IMG/VR virus record: IMGVR_UViG_2522572164_000007 | Origin: a virus | Taxonomy: Duplodnaviria > Heunggongvirae > Uroviricota > Caudoviricetes | Reading direction: 5' to 3' (one strand) | DNA length: 42,200 nt | Shown here: positions 1 to 8,571 of the stretch, piece by piece | How the letters are laid out: every line of letters starts with the position of its first letter | How positions within the stretch are numbered: position 1 is the first letter of the stretch | The notes under the pieces: model-generated | Told to the model about the DNA's origin: nothing | Database searches by the model: none | The model's input: only the letters and a program-made list of their open reading frames with translations | Program-made: the position numbers and the translations under genes

Positions 1-386
1 ATAGCTCAGTGAACCGCCGCAGTTCGGGCAGCACGGCGCCGCAGGCAACAGTCGCTTTTCGTCACGGGGTAGTGATTCAGGGAACGGCTTACGGGTGCGG
101 GTCTGACGCAACGGACGCTGTACTGCCGGGTCATACACCCTACCAGTCAGCGTATCGCTCTCTTTCTGAAGCCGGTTCAGATCGGCTTCCATTTGTGCGA
201 TACGGCGGGAGACTTTTTCGGAACGACTGCCGAAGTTCATCCGGCGGAGTTTATCCAGCTGCGCCTGCAGATGGTCTATTTCGCGCTCCCGGTTGCTCAG
301 CTTTTCCTGCAGGGCGTGGATCAGCGCTTCCTGTTCGGCCAGGCGCTGTTTCAGCAGGAAGATGTCGTCAGAAGAGATGTCGTTCA
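1..386 (-). CDS. tnpC: IS66-family transposase TnpC, N-terminal part (gene runs off the window start)
   Basis: Reverse complement of 1..386 begins ATG at 386 and translates MNDISSDDIFLLKQRLAEQEALIHALQ...CCPNCGG, which I recognise as the IS66 TnpC N-terminus with its zinc-finger motif; no stop before position 1. Confidence 0.8.
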
Positions 387-436
387 TAAGCCCGTATTTT
401 ACCGGGCTTATTCTGTGACAACCAGGATAAAGAGAT

Positions 437-784
437 TTACAGCATGGTCAGGGAGGTCAGCAGCCGCTTGGGCTGTCGCCAGTCGATACCTTCCAGCAGC
501 ATCGCCAGCTGCGCCTGCGTAAGGAACACTTTGCCATCACGGGCTGACGGCCAGGCGAAGCGCCCACGCTCCAGCCGTTTGGTCAGGAGGCACAGTCCGT
601 CACCGGTGGACCACAGCAGTTTAACCTGACTGCCGCTGCGGCCCCGGAAAATGAAAACATGGCCGGACATGGGATCGTCTTTCAGCGCCGTCTGTACTTT
701 CGCAGCCAGGCCGTTGAAGCCATTTCTCATATCGGTGATACCGGCAACCAGCCAAATTTTGGTCCCGGAAGGTAACGGGATCAT
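437..784 (-). CDS. tnpB: IS66-family accessory protein TnpB (Orf2)
   Basis: 115-aa ORF MIPLPSGTKIWLVAGITDMRNGFNGLAAKV...; recalled IS66 Orf2 signature; 4-nt overlap with tnpA as is typical for IS66. Confidence 0.85.
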   Translation of the reverse strand: MIPLPSGTKIWLVAGITDMRNGFNGLAAKVQTALKDDPMSGHVFIFRGRSGSQVKLLWSTGDGLCLLTKRLERGRFAWPSARDGKVFLTQAQLAMLLEGIDWRQPKRLLTSLTML

Positions 785-1182
785 CGCTTCAGTTCCTGTA
801 TCAGCAGAGTCAGGAGCTTTTCGCTGACATTGCCATTGAAGCGGAGCGTCCCGTGCCGGAACGTTACCTCACAGCTGATACTGAGGGTTTCCGGGTCCTC
901 TGCGAGCGATTCTGGCTGTTCGGCAGCTGCATCGAGAGTCACAGGAAGTAGCTGGGGGCTCTCTGAAGAAGGTAATAGCAGCTTTCCCTCACGCAATTGT
1001 TGTCGCCATTTGAACAACAGATTGGCGTTAATGCCATTTTCAAGAGCAAGTTTTGAGATGGATATCCCGGGTTCACAGGAGGCAGCAACGAGCTGCTGTT
1101 TAAATTCGGGAGGATAATTAGGGCAGCCTTTTCGCCTGCCGGGATTCACATTTTTCTGCATATCTGACACTTTGGTTCCCAC
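781..1182 (-). CDS. tnpA: IS66-family TnpA (Orf1), helix-turn-helix protein
   Basis: 133-aa ORF at the expected position and size upstream of tnpB. Confidence 0.75.
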   Translation of the reverse strand: MGTKVSDMQKNVNPGRRKGCPNYPPEFKQQLVAASCEPGISISKLALENGINANLLFKWRQQLREGKLLLPSSESPQLLPVTLDAAAEQPESLAEDPETLSISCEVTFRHGTLRFNGNVSEKLLTLLIQELKR

Positions 1183-1515
1183 TACTTATTTGGTGGACAC
1201 CACTTTGTCTAATTCGTCAGATTCTGACCAGACGGTTCAGGCTGTACGCTTACCACTATTTTATCCCTGTTGAATTTGGTTAAGCCGGTGCAGACGAGCC
1301 GGGAAACGCACATCTGAACCGGCACAATAAAATACAATACAACCCCCTGTTACTGGAGATACGAATGGAATGACGAGGCAGCCTGTCAGTCACAGGGGGC
1401 TGTTGGCATAAAATCAACGGAAAGGCCACCAACACCGGAATTAAGCTCCACAGTCCCCGCACTGGCAATCCATTCCCGGGAAAGGCATTACCGCAAACTG
1501 CTCCGGAGGCAACCA

Positions 1516-1950
1516 TTACAGCCTCAGTAACGGATTATCAGCCCTGGCATCTTCCGACGGCACCTCCTGCCGCCCCCACGCCCTGCTGTATACCCCGGTA
1601 CCGCAGCGTGGGCAGCACTTTTCCCCCTCATAATCTTCGTCACACATCACACAAAACCACTTTCTCACCTTCACCGTATAATCCGGAACCGTCATGCCCT
1701 GCAGATGCAAACGACGGGCCTCTTTCTCTGCCGGGTCAAGCCAGGTACATCGCAGCAGGATTTTTTCAGCGACAGTCATCTGGTCATGTTCAAACCACGG
1801 TGGTTGTCCGTCATTGCCCCGCTGAAGTGTTAACGGGCATCCACAGGACACACAGCACAAAACGTCCTGTCGGTTGTGCTTCGCAGCTTCTTTCGCCGTA
1901 ACAAAATGGCCTTTGCTGTCATTCGCCATATAACAGTTCAGAATTCGCAT
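1516..1950 (-). CDS. Cys-rich hypothetical protein (putative zinc-ribbon), paralogue of the upstream gene
   Basis: ORF 1516..2037 trimmed to the ATG at 1950, which is preceded by AGGAGG. Shares CxxC...PWFEH...C..C...Y.GE..C..C motifs with 1938..2345. Confidence 0.5.
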   Translation of the reverse strand: MRILNCYMANDSKGHFVTAKEAAKHNRQDVLCCVSCGCPLTLQRGNDGQPPWFEHDQMTVAEKILLRCTWLDPAEKEARRLHLQGMTVPDYTVKVRKWFCVMCDEDYEGEKCCPRCGTGVYSRAWGRQEVPSEDARADNPLLRL

Positions 1951-2345
1951 ATTTCCTCCTGAGTTGTCCGGGGAATACTGAATCCTCCGGTCTGGCAGTG
2001 TGTGCAGTACTGCTCCCCATAATAATCGTGGTGACATTGTCTGCAGTGCCAGCTGGCTTTACGCACCACGGGTAAGGCATCCGGTACGAATTGCTGCAGA
2101 CGTTTAATCAACTGTATTTCTCTGCGCTCCGGCCTGACATAAGGGCACTGTTGACCGTGCTCTGTCAGCCTGTCGTCAGTGTGTTCAAACCAGGGAAGTT
2201 CAGTGTCGTATTGCGGATGGTATCTGAGTGCACTGCCACACAAGTGGCAGGTGTAGTTAGCATAAGGTGCGGCCTGTGCAGTACGGGCGCCCGTCAGACG
2301 TCCGTTGCCATCAAGAGCGATAAAGGATTTTGCGTACATAGTCAT
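1938..2345 (-). CDS. Cys-rich hypothetical protein (putative zinc-ribbon)
   Basis: 135-aa ORF with CHLCG...PWFEH...CRQCHHDYYGEQYCTHC; tandem with its paralogue, 13-nt overlap. Confidence 0.5.
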   Translation of the reverse strand: MTMYAKSFIALDGNGRLTGARTAQAAPYANYTCHLCGSALRYHPQYDTELPWFEHTDDRLTEHGQQCPYVRPERREIQLIKRLQQFVPDALPVVRKASWHCRQCHHDYYGEQYCTHCQTGGFSIPRTTQEEICEF

Positions 2346-2598
2346 ATACCTCAGCCGCCAGACGACACGCAGGCAACAGCCGTCCCGGTACGGGCAGCGT
2401 GGTCAGGGTGTGAATGGCGGTTCAGTTAAAATCTGGACTGGAGTTTGGGTAAAGCAGGCTGGTTGCTGTTACAGCACTGTGGTTGTCACACAATGGAACA
2501 CTGACGTAAAAAACAGTCAGTGGGCGAGTGGATACATCGTTGCCGCCAGACAACAACCCATACTTTTGGTTTGCCGGATATTGGCGCGCCAGTCGTGC

Positions 2599-3168
2599 TC
2601 AACTCCGGCTACAGCCAAAATTGCGCTCACCGGTGCAGTGAGCTTTGGTATGCTCCTTCGCCAGATAGTCAGCACGTTCCAGCACCTGCTGAAAGCCGGT
2701 GTCATCATTACGCGCCAGCCACACCGCCGGCCAGGCCGGAAAATGCACCAGCGTGGCATGGCACCCGACATCCACTCCCAGGGCACTGCACCACGCCTGT
2801 TTAATCATCCCGGCCAGAGACTCCGGAGCGCGGTAATCACCGGCACGACACCAGGTATCCCGGTTGACCAGCAGCATCAGGTGATAGTGTTTTTTACCTT
2901 TGCACTCCCCAAACTCCCGGGCCCAGACGTAATGCAGGGTTGTGGGATGCACGCGTTTACCTTCCCGATGCTTACGTTTCTGGTAAGCGTCGATTCGGGC
3001 TTTCAGGGCATTGATGAAGCGGGATATCACAGCTGCGTCCGTTGCTGCCGGTACATCCGGGAGACGCAGGTCAACCCGCAATGCCGTCAGGCGGGGATGA
3101 ACATTCAGTGCGTGCCGCACCGTCTCACGAATACGTTGCTGCCAGAAGGGGTTGTATTTGTAGGTCAT
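2599..3168 (-). CDS. YagK/YfjJ-like (inovirus Gp2 family) protein
   Basis: ORF 2599..3240 trimmed to the ATG at 3168 with a GGAGA RBS; family assignment is from memory of E. coli cryptic-prophage YfjJ/YagK proteins. Confidence 0.45.
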   Translation of the reverse strand: MTYKYNPFWQQRIRETVRHALNVHPRLTALRVDLRLPDVPAATDAAVISRFINALKARIDAYQKRKHREGKRVHPTTLHYVWAREFGECKGKKHYHLMLLVNRDTWCRAGDYRAPESLAGMIKQAWCSALGVDVGCHATLVHFPAWPAVWLARNDDTGFQQVLERADYLAKEHTKAHCTGERNFGCSRS

Positions 3169-3333
3169 GGTTAAATCTCCGTATGGTTCATACGGAATAG
3201 CCACGTATAGCGCGGCGATTTTTTTGATACCGATTTGCATTTCATTTGATACCGCTGAAAAACGCCGATACGCAACTTATTTGATACTAAATCGGCGCTT
3301 TTCTTTTGAGTTTTAGAATGAGTTTTTAAGCGC

Positions 3334-4071
3334 TCATTCACTCTCTTTCAAACCAGTTTTAACTGTTTGTGGTTTTGGGTAAGGGTGGACTTTGAATAGC
3401 TTTGTGTTGAGGCGTTTTCTGGCCCTCTTGTTCAGAAACCGGATGTAACGAAACTGTCGGAACTTATGCACACTGGCTCTGTCGATATTAGCCCTCAGAT
3501 GTTCACCTCGTTGTCCGCCTCGTTTAATGGCACTCCTGCAAATCTCGTGATACCACTCGCCATCAAGTTCATAGAATGTTGATTCATGGCTGCCTACATA
3601 ATCAAAATTGCTGGCCTGATACACGACACCAAGACAGCCACAACGCTCATCTGCAAACGACTGAACCCACTGTACCTGCGGATAAAGCTGCCTGATTAGC
3701 TTGAGCGCGTAACTGATTGCCCTTGATTCGGAGTTTCTCGGCATACAGTCATGCATCCATAGCCGGTTAAGCTCCATATATTCTCGGTTCTGCGTACCCG
3801 TTACGACGCGTGCACCACTGTTTGGGTTAAGGGCGTAACCCCATTGCATTACGCCAACAAGTTCCCGTTCTGAAAATATACCCAGATGAAGGTAGGAATT
3901 ATTTACGAAACGGTGGCTGTAATGTTTATTGACGATAACCAGTCTGGCCAGCCAGCAACTTATTGTCTCAACCCGCAACTCACGGGAGCCATAACCAACG
4001 ATATTGTCGTTATAGCGAATAAGTTCAGGCGTGCTGATGATACGGGATGTGACTTGCTTTCTGTTCCCCAC
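3334..4071 (-). CDS. mom: Mom-like DNA modification protein
   Basis: 245-aa ORF immediately downstream of, and overlapping, a Com-like zinc-finger gene at the far end of a Mu-like genome; size fits Mu Mom (about 230 aa). Start codon uncertain. Confidence 0.6.
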   Translation of the reverse strand: MGNRKQVTSRIISTPELIRYNDNIVGYGSRELRVETISCWLARLVIVNKHYSHRFVNNSYLHLGIFSERELVGVMQWGYALNPNSGARVVTGTQNREYMELNRLWMHDCMPRNSESRAISYALKLIRQLYPQVQWVQSFADERCGCLGVVYQASNFDYVGSHESTFYELDGEWYHEICRSAIKRGGQRGEHLRANIDRASVHKFRQFRYIRFLNKRARKRLNTKLFKVHPYPKPQTVKTGLKESE

Positions 4072-4225
4072 GACAGGATTTCCTTGTGTATGTGGGGTGC
4101 TCTGTGGCGCTCGGAGATGTGATTTGATTGAGGGTTTTACAGCGCGGACATTTTACTTCCAGATAACTGAAACTGGCCCGTGCCAGTAGCTTATTGCAGT
4201 GTCGGCACCGTATGTTTCGATACAT
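4025..4225 (-). CDS. com: Com-like zinc-finger translational activator of mom
   Basis: ORF 4025..4270 trimmed to the ATG at 4225 (GGAGG upstream). [30 protein letters not shown] resembles the Mu Com motif IRCKNCNKLL...CPRCK. Confidence 0.7.
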   Translation of the reverse strand: MYRNIRCRHCNKLLARASFSYLEVKCPRCKTLNQITSPSATEHPTYTRKSCRGEQKASHIPYHQHA

Positions 4226-4261
4226 GGCCGCATAACCTCCTGCTTTGTTGTTGATGCCTTT

Positions 4262-4450
4262 CTCATGCAATCGATCGACAAAAACGATCGATTCGATTTG
4301 TTTAATTGATACAACAAATAGATTTAAAAGTCATCAACAATGATTCAGGGCGGTGATTATTTACTTAAAGAAACGAAGAGTTAGGTGGTGAAAACGATCA
4401 TAAAATGATCATTTTATTGACTTTTTATACAGTGAAGGTAGGATCGCGCG
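4262..4450 (-). promoter_or_regulatory. com-mom upstream regulatory region with clustered GATC (Dam) sites
   Basis: GATC at 4273, 4286, 4396, 4407 and 4442 (five in under 190 bp), directly upstream of com. Mu Pmom is known to be controlled by Dam methylation of upstream GATC sites that affects OxyR binding. Confidence 0.45.
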
Positions 4451-4497
4451 TATATGTAGTATGTTTCAAATCAACAGGATACTACATAAAAGTGAAA

Positions 4498-4523
4498 CCC
4501 AGCATAGCTGGAACTATGCTGGG
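4498..4523 (-). terminator. Candidate rho-independent terminator on the minus strand, upstream of the com-mom promoter
   Basis: Perfect 10-bp stem CCCAGCATAG / CTATGCTGGG with a 6-nt loop; on the minus strand it is followed by UUUCACUUUUAU. Confidence 0.4.
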
Positions 4524-4631
4524 TCAATCTGTAAAAACTTGCATCAATGCTTTACTTCGAGCTCGTGGCGTATCCTATGATATTCCCCGGTCTCCTGTAA
4601 AGCAGAGATGCATAAAAAGGAGATCTTTATC

Positions 4632-4802
4632 ATGGATAAAGAGCCTGTTTGCCCTGCCTGTAAGACTCCCTTACAGCTCATCTATCGCCGTTCTCGATCT
4701 CAAAATGGCAAGACATACAAACCAAAAAATGCTTCCTGTTTCAGGATGCTGATATGTCCTGCCTGTTCTCCCCGGAGGGAAAATACACAAAACGTGCATT
4801 AA
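4632..4802 (+). CDS. Small zinc-ribbon protein (CPxC...CPxC)
   Basis: ORF 4608..4802 trimmed to the ATG at 4632 with an AAGGAG RBS; MDKEPVCPACKTPLQLIYRRS...ICPACS; convergent with the 81-aa minus-strand gene. Confidence 0.45.
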   Translation: MDKEPVCPACKTPLQLIYRRSRSQNGKTYKPKNASCFRMLICPACSPRRENTQNVH

Positions 4803-4811
4803 CAAATTCAC

Positions 4812-4831
4812 CCGGCAGGGAAACCTGCCGG
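4812..4831. terminator. Bidirectional hairpin terminator between convergent genes
   Basis: CCGGCAGG-GAAA-CCTGCCGG (8-bp GC-rich stem, tetraloop) between the stop at 4802 (+) and the stop at 4841 (-); T-rich runs on both sides. Confidence 0.5.
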
Positions 4832-4840
4832 TCGGTATTG

Positions 4841-5086
4841 TTACATCATAGTACCGTCAGTTCCGGGCTGAACCGGCTCTGGTTGCTCTACGGGTTGAGG
4901 CTCATTTTCCGTGCTGTTTTCAGCCGGAGAACGACCAACCATTCGGGCCAGCACTTCATCAACATATGCGTCGATTTGTGCCTCAAAATCCTTGCGAACC
5001 TGCGCCTTCAGCACGCGGTTCACTTCTTCAGAATAAAGTGCCTGTTTGACAAGCTCTTCAGTAACCGTGCCTTTAATCTCTGGCAT
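4841..5086 (-). CDS. Hypothetical small acidic protein (81 aa)
   Basis: ATG at 5086 preceded by GGAGA; acidic, Pro/Glu-rich C-terminus; no family recognised. Confidence 0.5.
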   Translation of the reverse strand: MPEIKGTVTEELVKQALYSEEVNRVLKAQVRKDFEAQIDAYVDEVLARMVGRSPAENSTENEPQPVEQPEPVQPGTDGTMM

Positions 5087-5121
5087 GAATATTCTCCTTT
5101 CCTTTTCTGGTTCACAAAAAA

Positions 5122-5301
5122 TTAAATCTGACCGGAGTCTTTCGGCTGCGGCATTACAGCACCGCTTTTTATCTTTTCCTCGGCAGCTGCATCAATTTTA
5201 TTTCGAAAATAATTGCGAATAATTTTATAACCACCGCTGACAAGCAACAGACAACAAACCACCGTGCAGAAATACAGCAGGCAGACGTTTATATATGTCA
5301 T
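5122..5301 (-). CDS. Hypothetical small membrane protein (59 aa; below the ORF-track size cutoff)
   Basis: My own translation of the reverse complement from ATG 5301 to TAA 5122: MTYINVCLLYFCTVVCCLLLVSGGYKIIRNYFRNK...; one hydrophobic helix; GAGG upstream; sits between the esterase and the 81-aa gene. Confidence 0.3.
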   Translation of the reverse strand: MTYINVCLLYFCTVVCCLLLVSGGYKIIRNYFRNKIDAAAEEKIKSGAVMPQPKDSGQI

Positions 5302-5358
5302 ATAAGCCTCACTCTTATTAACTGATGTTACAGCCGGATAAATTCCCGGCCGTCACGA

Positions 5359-7416
5359 TTATGCCGCAGGGGTATTAACCTCAAGGACAACGCTCTCAAA
5401 AGACACGCCATAAGTTGCCCCTTTGGTGACATCTGTCAGTGTCAGCGTATCTTTGGCAGGGGAAAGTGCATCTTTCACCATCTGGAATGCCTGGCCCGGA
5501 GTGCCATCCAGCACAGGCGTTACCTGGGCACTTCCCGCCGTAAACTTCAGGACAAGTGTATGCCACTGGTTATTGTAGGCTCCAAATGATCCCAGTTTCG
5601 TATTCCCCCCTGTTTTATGGTGCATCAGATTTAACTGGCCGCCTGTTGTCTGGAGATAATACGCCATCAGGAACGGTGTGCCTGTACCACTCATGGTTAC
5701 ACCTTCCGGGACCGTATCGGTGTGGAGGTAAATACCCAGAGCAAACTGGCCTTCTTTTACTTCACCTGACAGACGGAATTTACAGGTCAACTGACCACCA
5801 TGCTTCAGAAGTTCACCGGCTGCATCAGTTCCATGGGTAAGCGTCCAGGTTTTTCCGCTTTGTTTGGATACGGTCAACGCTTTACCTTCGTCCGTCAGCT
5901 GGATTGTACCATCTGTAATTTTCCAGCCCTGAGCCGGGGCTTCTCCTGCTGATGCTTTAAGTGAAAGCAGCGTACGGAGTGACGGGGATGTCGGATGGGG
6001 GGACTCACTGCCTCCTGGCTGACTACCTGTCGGCGCTTCCGGTTTCCCACCCGGCGCGGGCTGAGGCAGGGCTTCACCATCAGGGGCCACACCGGCAATA
6101 AATGCAGAGGTCAGACCTGCATATTTAAGAATTGCTGATGCAAAACGATCTGAGACCAGAAAACGGCGCGCCCAGGAGCTAAAATGGGTTGCCCTGGATG
6201 CTGTTGTCCAGTTGCCATCTCCCCGTGATTCCGCACCATAATACCCGGCAGAAGCGATATCCGGGTCGTGCTCCGGCAGGTTGGTCGCGGTTTTATTACC
6301 GAACTCATCGTGCATCAGTGGAACAAAGTGAATGTTCTCGGAAGCCCGGTTTTTATATCCGCTATAAATGGTTTCATATGCCGCCGGGTTCTTCTCTTTC
6401 CAGTCATAGGTTGTGTCACCACATAACCACGGCACACTGTCTGATGAACCACCAATACACTGACCGGAGAAAGCACCAAGATCCGCACGGAATTTTTTCA
6501 CCATCGCAGTAAACTGGGCACCATGCTGGGCCGGGGTCGCTTTAAGGTCTCCTTCCCCCTGAATCCATACGACAGATAACAGCACATTCTTTGGATTCGC
6601 CTCAAGTGCCGCTTTAGTTCGACTGACAAGATCCTGATACAGTGGGGTATCCACTCCCCAGCGTAGTGACGCCTCGGCTGCACCACTTGCCGGATCGAAT
6701 GAGCCAACTGCGCCGGTTGTAAAAGCAGAGCCGCCACGGGCACAGGGAACCAGTAAAATCCCGGCATCAGCAGGAATCACCGGTAATACTTTTTTCGCAA
6801 TATGAAGTCCCTGCCCCACACAACCATACTGCCCTTTTTTCAGGTCTGCTTTTGGATGGTTCAGCAGACTCATATTCTGAACATCATGAAGGCAGTGATC
6901 TGCTGGAATGATTTCATTGTATTTGCAGGGAATACCTCCGGGGGTTTGTGTATTCCTGCGTGCCAGCTGCATAATACGTGGATCAGGACGATCATAAGAA
7001 TCCGGAAGGGGCAACCCTTCACCATAAGATGAAGCATTGGACTGGCCGGCTATAACAATCACGTAATACCAGGAAGGGGAGCTGGAAGCCGTTTCATTTC
7101 CTGCCGGACGGGTATGTGTTTCTGCATTATCCCAGTCTGACGGTTCAGCAGTACCGGCAACATCAGCACTTAACGGAATGACAGCACCAATACCCGCTCC
7201 GGTAATTTCCACGTTCGGATCACCGGATACTGGCCTTACCCACAGGCAATCCTGTGTATTAAAACTGATGAGACAGTCAGCAAATGTCATTCCTCCTTTC
7301 GTTTCAGCAGGAGGAAAGGGAGCCTCAAGAAATGCCGCTGTACCACCGGAAACTTTAACGGTAAAGTTTCCGGGCATTGATGATAGTTGAACCCATTTGG
7401 ACGTCATAATATTCAT
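5359..7416 (-). CDS. Sialate O-acetylesterase, NanS-p-like (SGNH hydrolase) with extra N- and C-terminal domains
   Basis: 685-aa ORF with YVIVIAGQSNASSYGEG (GQSN block of SGNH esterases); overall architecture resembles the prophage NanS-p esterases of enterohaemorrhagic E. coli. Confidence 0.7.
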   Translation of the reverse strand: MNIMTSKWVQLSSMPGNFTVKVSGGTAAFLEAPFPPAETKGGMTFADCLISFNTQDCLWVRPVSGDPNVEITGAGIGAVIPLSADVAGTAEPSDWDNAETHTRPAGNETASSSPSWYYVIVIAGQSNASSYGEGLPLPDSYDRPDPRIMQLARRNTQTPGGIPCKYNEIIPADHCLHDVQNMSLLNHPKADLKKGQYGCVGQGLHIAKKVLPVIPADAGILLVPCARGGSAFTTGAVGSFDPASGAAEASLRWGVDTPLYQDLVSRTKAALEANPKNVLLSVVWIQGEGDLKATPAQHGAQFTAMVKKFRADLGAFSGQCIGGSSDSVPWLCGDTTYDWKEKNPAAYETIYSGYKNRASENIHFVPLMHDEFGNKTATNLPEHDPDIASAGYYGAESRGDGNWTTASRATHFSSWARRFLVSDRFASAILKYAGLTSAFIAGVAPDGEALPQPAPGGKPEAPTGSQPGGSESPHPTSPSLRTLLSLKASAGEAPAQGWKITDGTIQLTDEGKALTVSKQSGKTWTLTHGTDAAGELLKHGGQLTCKFRLSGEVKEGQFALGIYLHTDTVPEGVTMSGTGTPFLMAYYLQTTGGQLNLMHHKTGGNTKLGSFGAYNNQWHTLVLKFTAGSAQVTPVLDGTPGQAFQMVKDALSPAKDTLTLTDVTKGATYGVSFESVVLEVNTPAA

Positions 7417-7506
7417 CCTGTTCCTGAATAAACAGAATTATCATATCCACAGACCGATAAACGCCATTTTGCGTTAATTCAGTAAAGGCCCAACAAAGGG
7501 AGCGTC

Positions 7507-8067
7507 TTATTTTTCCGAAACGCTCGCAGGATAATAACGATAAAGGGTTGAAAGGCCGATATCAAAAATAAGTGCCACCTGTCTTCGACTGACACCCCCG
7601 GCCAGTAAACGCCCGACCTGCTCGTATTGTTCCTGCGTGAGACGACGGGGTCTGCCGCCGGTTCGTCCCCTTTCACGGGCAGCTGCAAGACCAGCCCGTG
7701 TCCGTTCGACAATTAATTCACGCTCCATTTCTGCCAGCGCACCCATTATGTGAAAAAAGAAGCGCCCCATGGGGGTTGACGTATCAATGTTGTCAGTAAG
7801 ACTACGAAAATTTATCCCCTGTTGCTGTAATTCATCTGTCAGCGCAACAAGGTGGCGCATACTGCGCCCCAGCCTGTCCAGTTTCCAGACCATCAGTGTG
7901 TCACCGGGTTTTAGTTTCTTCAGTGCCCGCTTCAGTCCCGGCCGCTGTGTCGTTTTACCACTCATTTTATCTTCAAAAATCTGCTCACATCCTGCACATT
8001 CCAGCGCATTTCTTTGTAAACCTGTGTTCTGGTCATTTGTTGATACGCGTATATAGCCAATCAGCAT
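7507..8067 (-). CDS. gin: Serine recombinase, DNA invertase Gin/Hin/Pin/Cin family
   Basis: 186 aa; MLIGYIRVSTNDQNTGLQRNAL... is the resolvase/invertase catalytic N-terminus, with a C-terminal HTH (GRPRRL...STLYRY). Confidence 0.9.
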   Translation of the reverse strand: MLIGYIRVSTNDQNTGLQRNALECAGCEQIFEDKMSGKTTQRPGLKRALKKLKPGDTLMVWKLDRLGRSMRHLVALTDELQQQGINFRSLTDNIDTSTPMGRFFFHIMGALAEMERELIVERTRAGLAAARERGRTGGRPRRLTQEQYEQVGRLLAGGVSRRQVALIFDIGLSTLYRYYPASVSEK

Positions 8068-8122
8068 GTATTTACCTTCCTTAAAAAGAGGTGAAAATGC
8101 CTTTTAAAACAGATATACGGCA

Positions 8123-8148
8123 TCCCTGAAACCTCGGTTTACGGGATA
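8123..8148. other. gix-like recombination site (gin-proximal boundary of the invertible segment)
   Basis: Core AAACCTCGGTTTAC at 8129..8142 matches the Mu gix core as I recall it (TTATCCAAAACCTCGGTTTACAGGAA). Confidence 0.6.
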
Positions 8149-8492
8149 CTGTAAACAGGGCCGCGAATGCCCTGCCATCGAACGGAGCGGCTGTTGCAGC
8201 GAATAAACTCGCCACTCCAAGAAATATTAATGGTGTCCCATTTGACGGAACGCAGGATATAAATATTACATCGGGGATGACGCAGTCTGTGGCTGACTCA
8301 CGTTATGTTCAAAGCATTCGAAGAGGTTCAAGGTCAACGATTGGAATGCAATATAATATTTTTGAGGTTCCTGACGGATGCGTACTTACAGGGCTTGATG
8401 TCGCTGGTGATGGTAATGCAACGGTAACCGCATATTATCGACCTGTTCAGTTTCTGATAGATGGTTCGTGGAAAACAGCTTCCAGCGCATAA
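8130..8492 (+). CDS. Silent alternative tail-fibre C-terminal cassette (S'v-like; promoterless in this orientation)
   Basis: Open frame from the gix site to the stop at 8492; NLGLRDTVNRAANALPS...[23 protein letters not shown] parallels residues of the expressed fibre, then a divergent C-terminus. Confidence 0.6.
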   Translation, partial: NLGLRDTVNRAANALPSNGAAVAANKLATPRNINGVPFDGTQDINITSGMTQSVADSRYVQSIRRGSRSTIGMQYNIFEVPDGCVLTGLDVAGDGNATVTAYYRPVQFLIDGSWKTASSA

Positions 8493-8571
8493 AAGTGCAG
8501 TAGTTCAAAAAACAGATTATCTGAATAAATATATGATGATTTTGTCTTTTCAACAAAAACAAGGTGAAATA

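Larger units (their letters stand above)
1..1253 (-). mobile_element. IS66-family insertion sequence (ISEc8-like), partial; one terminus inside the window
   Basis: Gene order tnpA-tnpB-tnpC on the minus strand; reverse complement of 1221..1253 reads GTAAGCGTACAGCCTGAACCGTCTGGTCAGAAT, which matches my recollection of IS66-type terminal inverted repeats beginning GTAAGCG. Confidence 0.75.

Noticed and set aside
2305-3174. 289-aa plus-strand ORF
   Set aside because: Lies antisense to the YagK/YfjJ-like gene and lacks a convincing RBS; taken as a shadow ORF.
7417-7506. ORF 7479..7712 and the gin-esterase intergenic region as a separate gene
   Set aside because: The ORF overlaps the gin 3' end in another frame; the region is more likely a promoter/spacer for the esterase operon.
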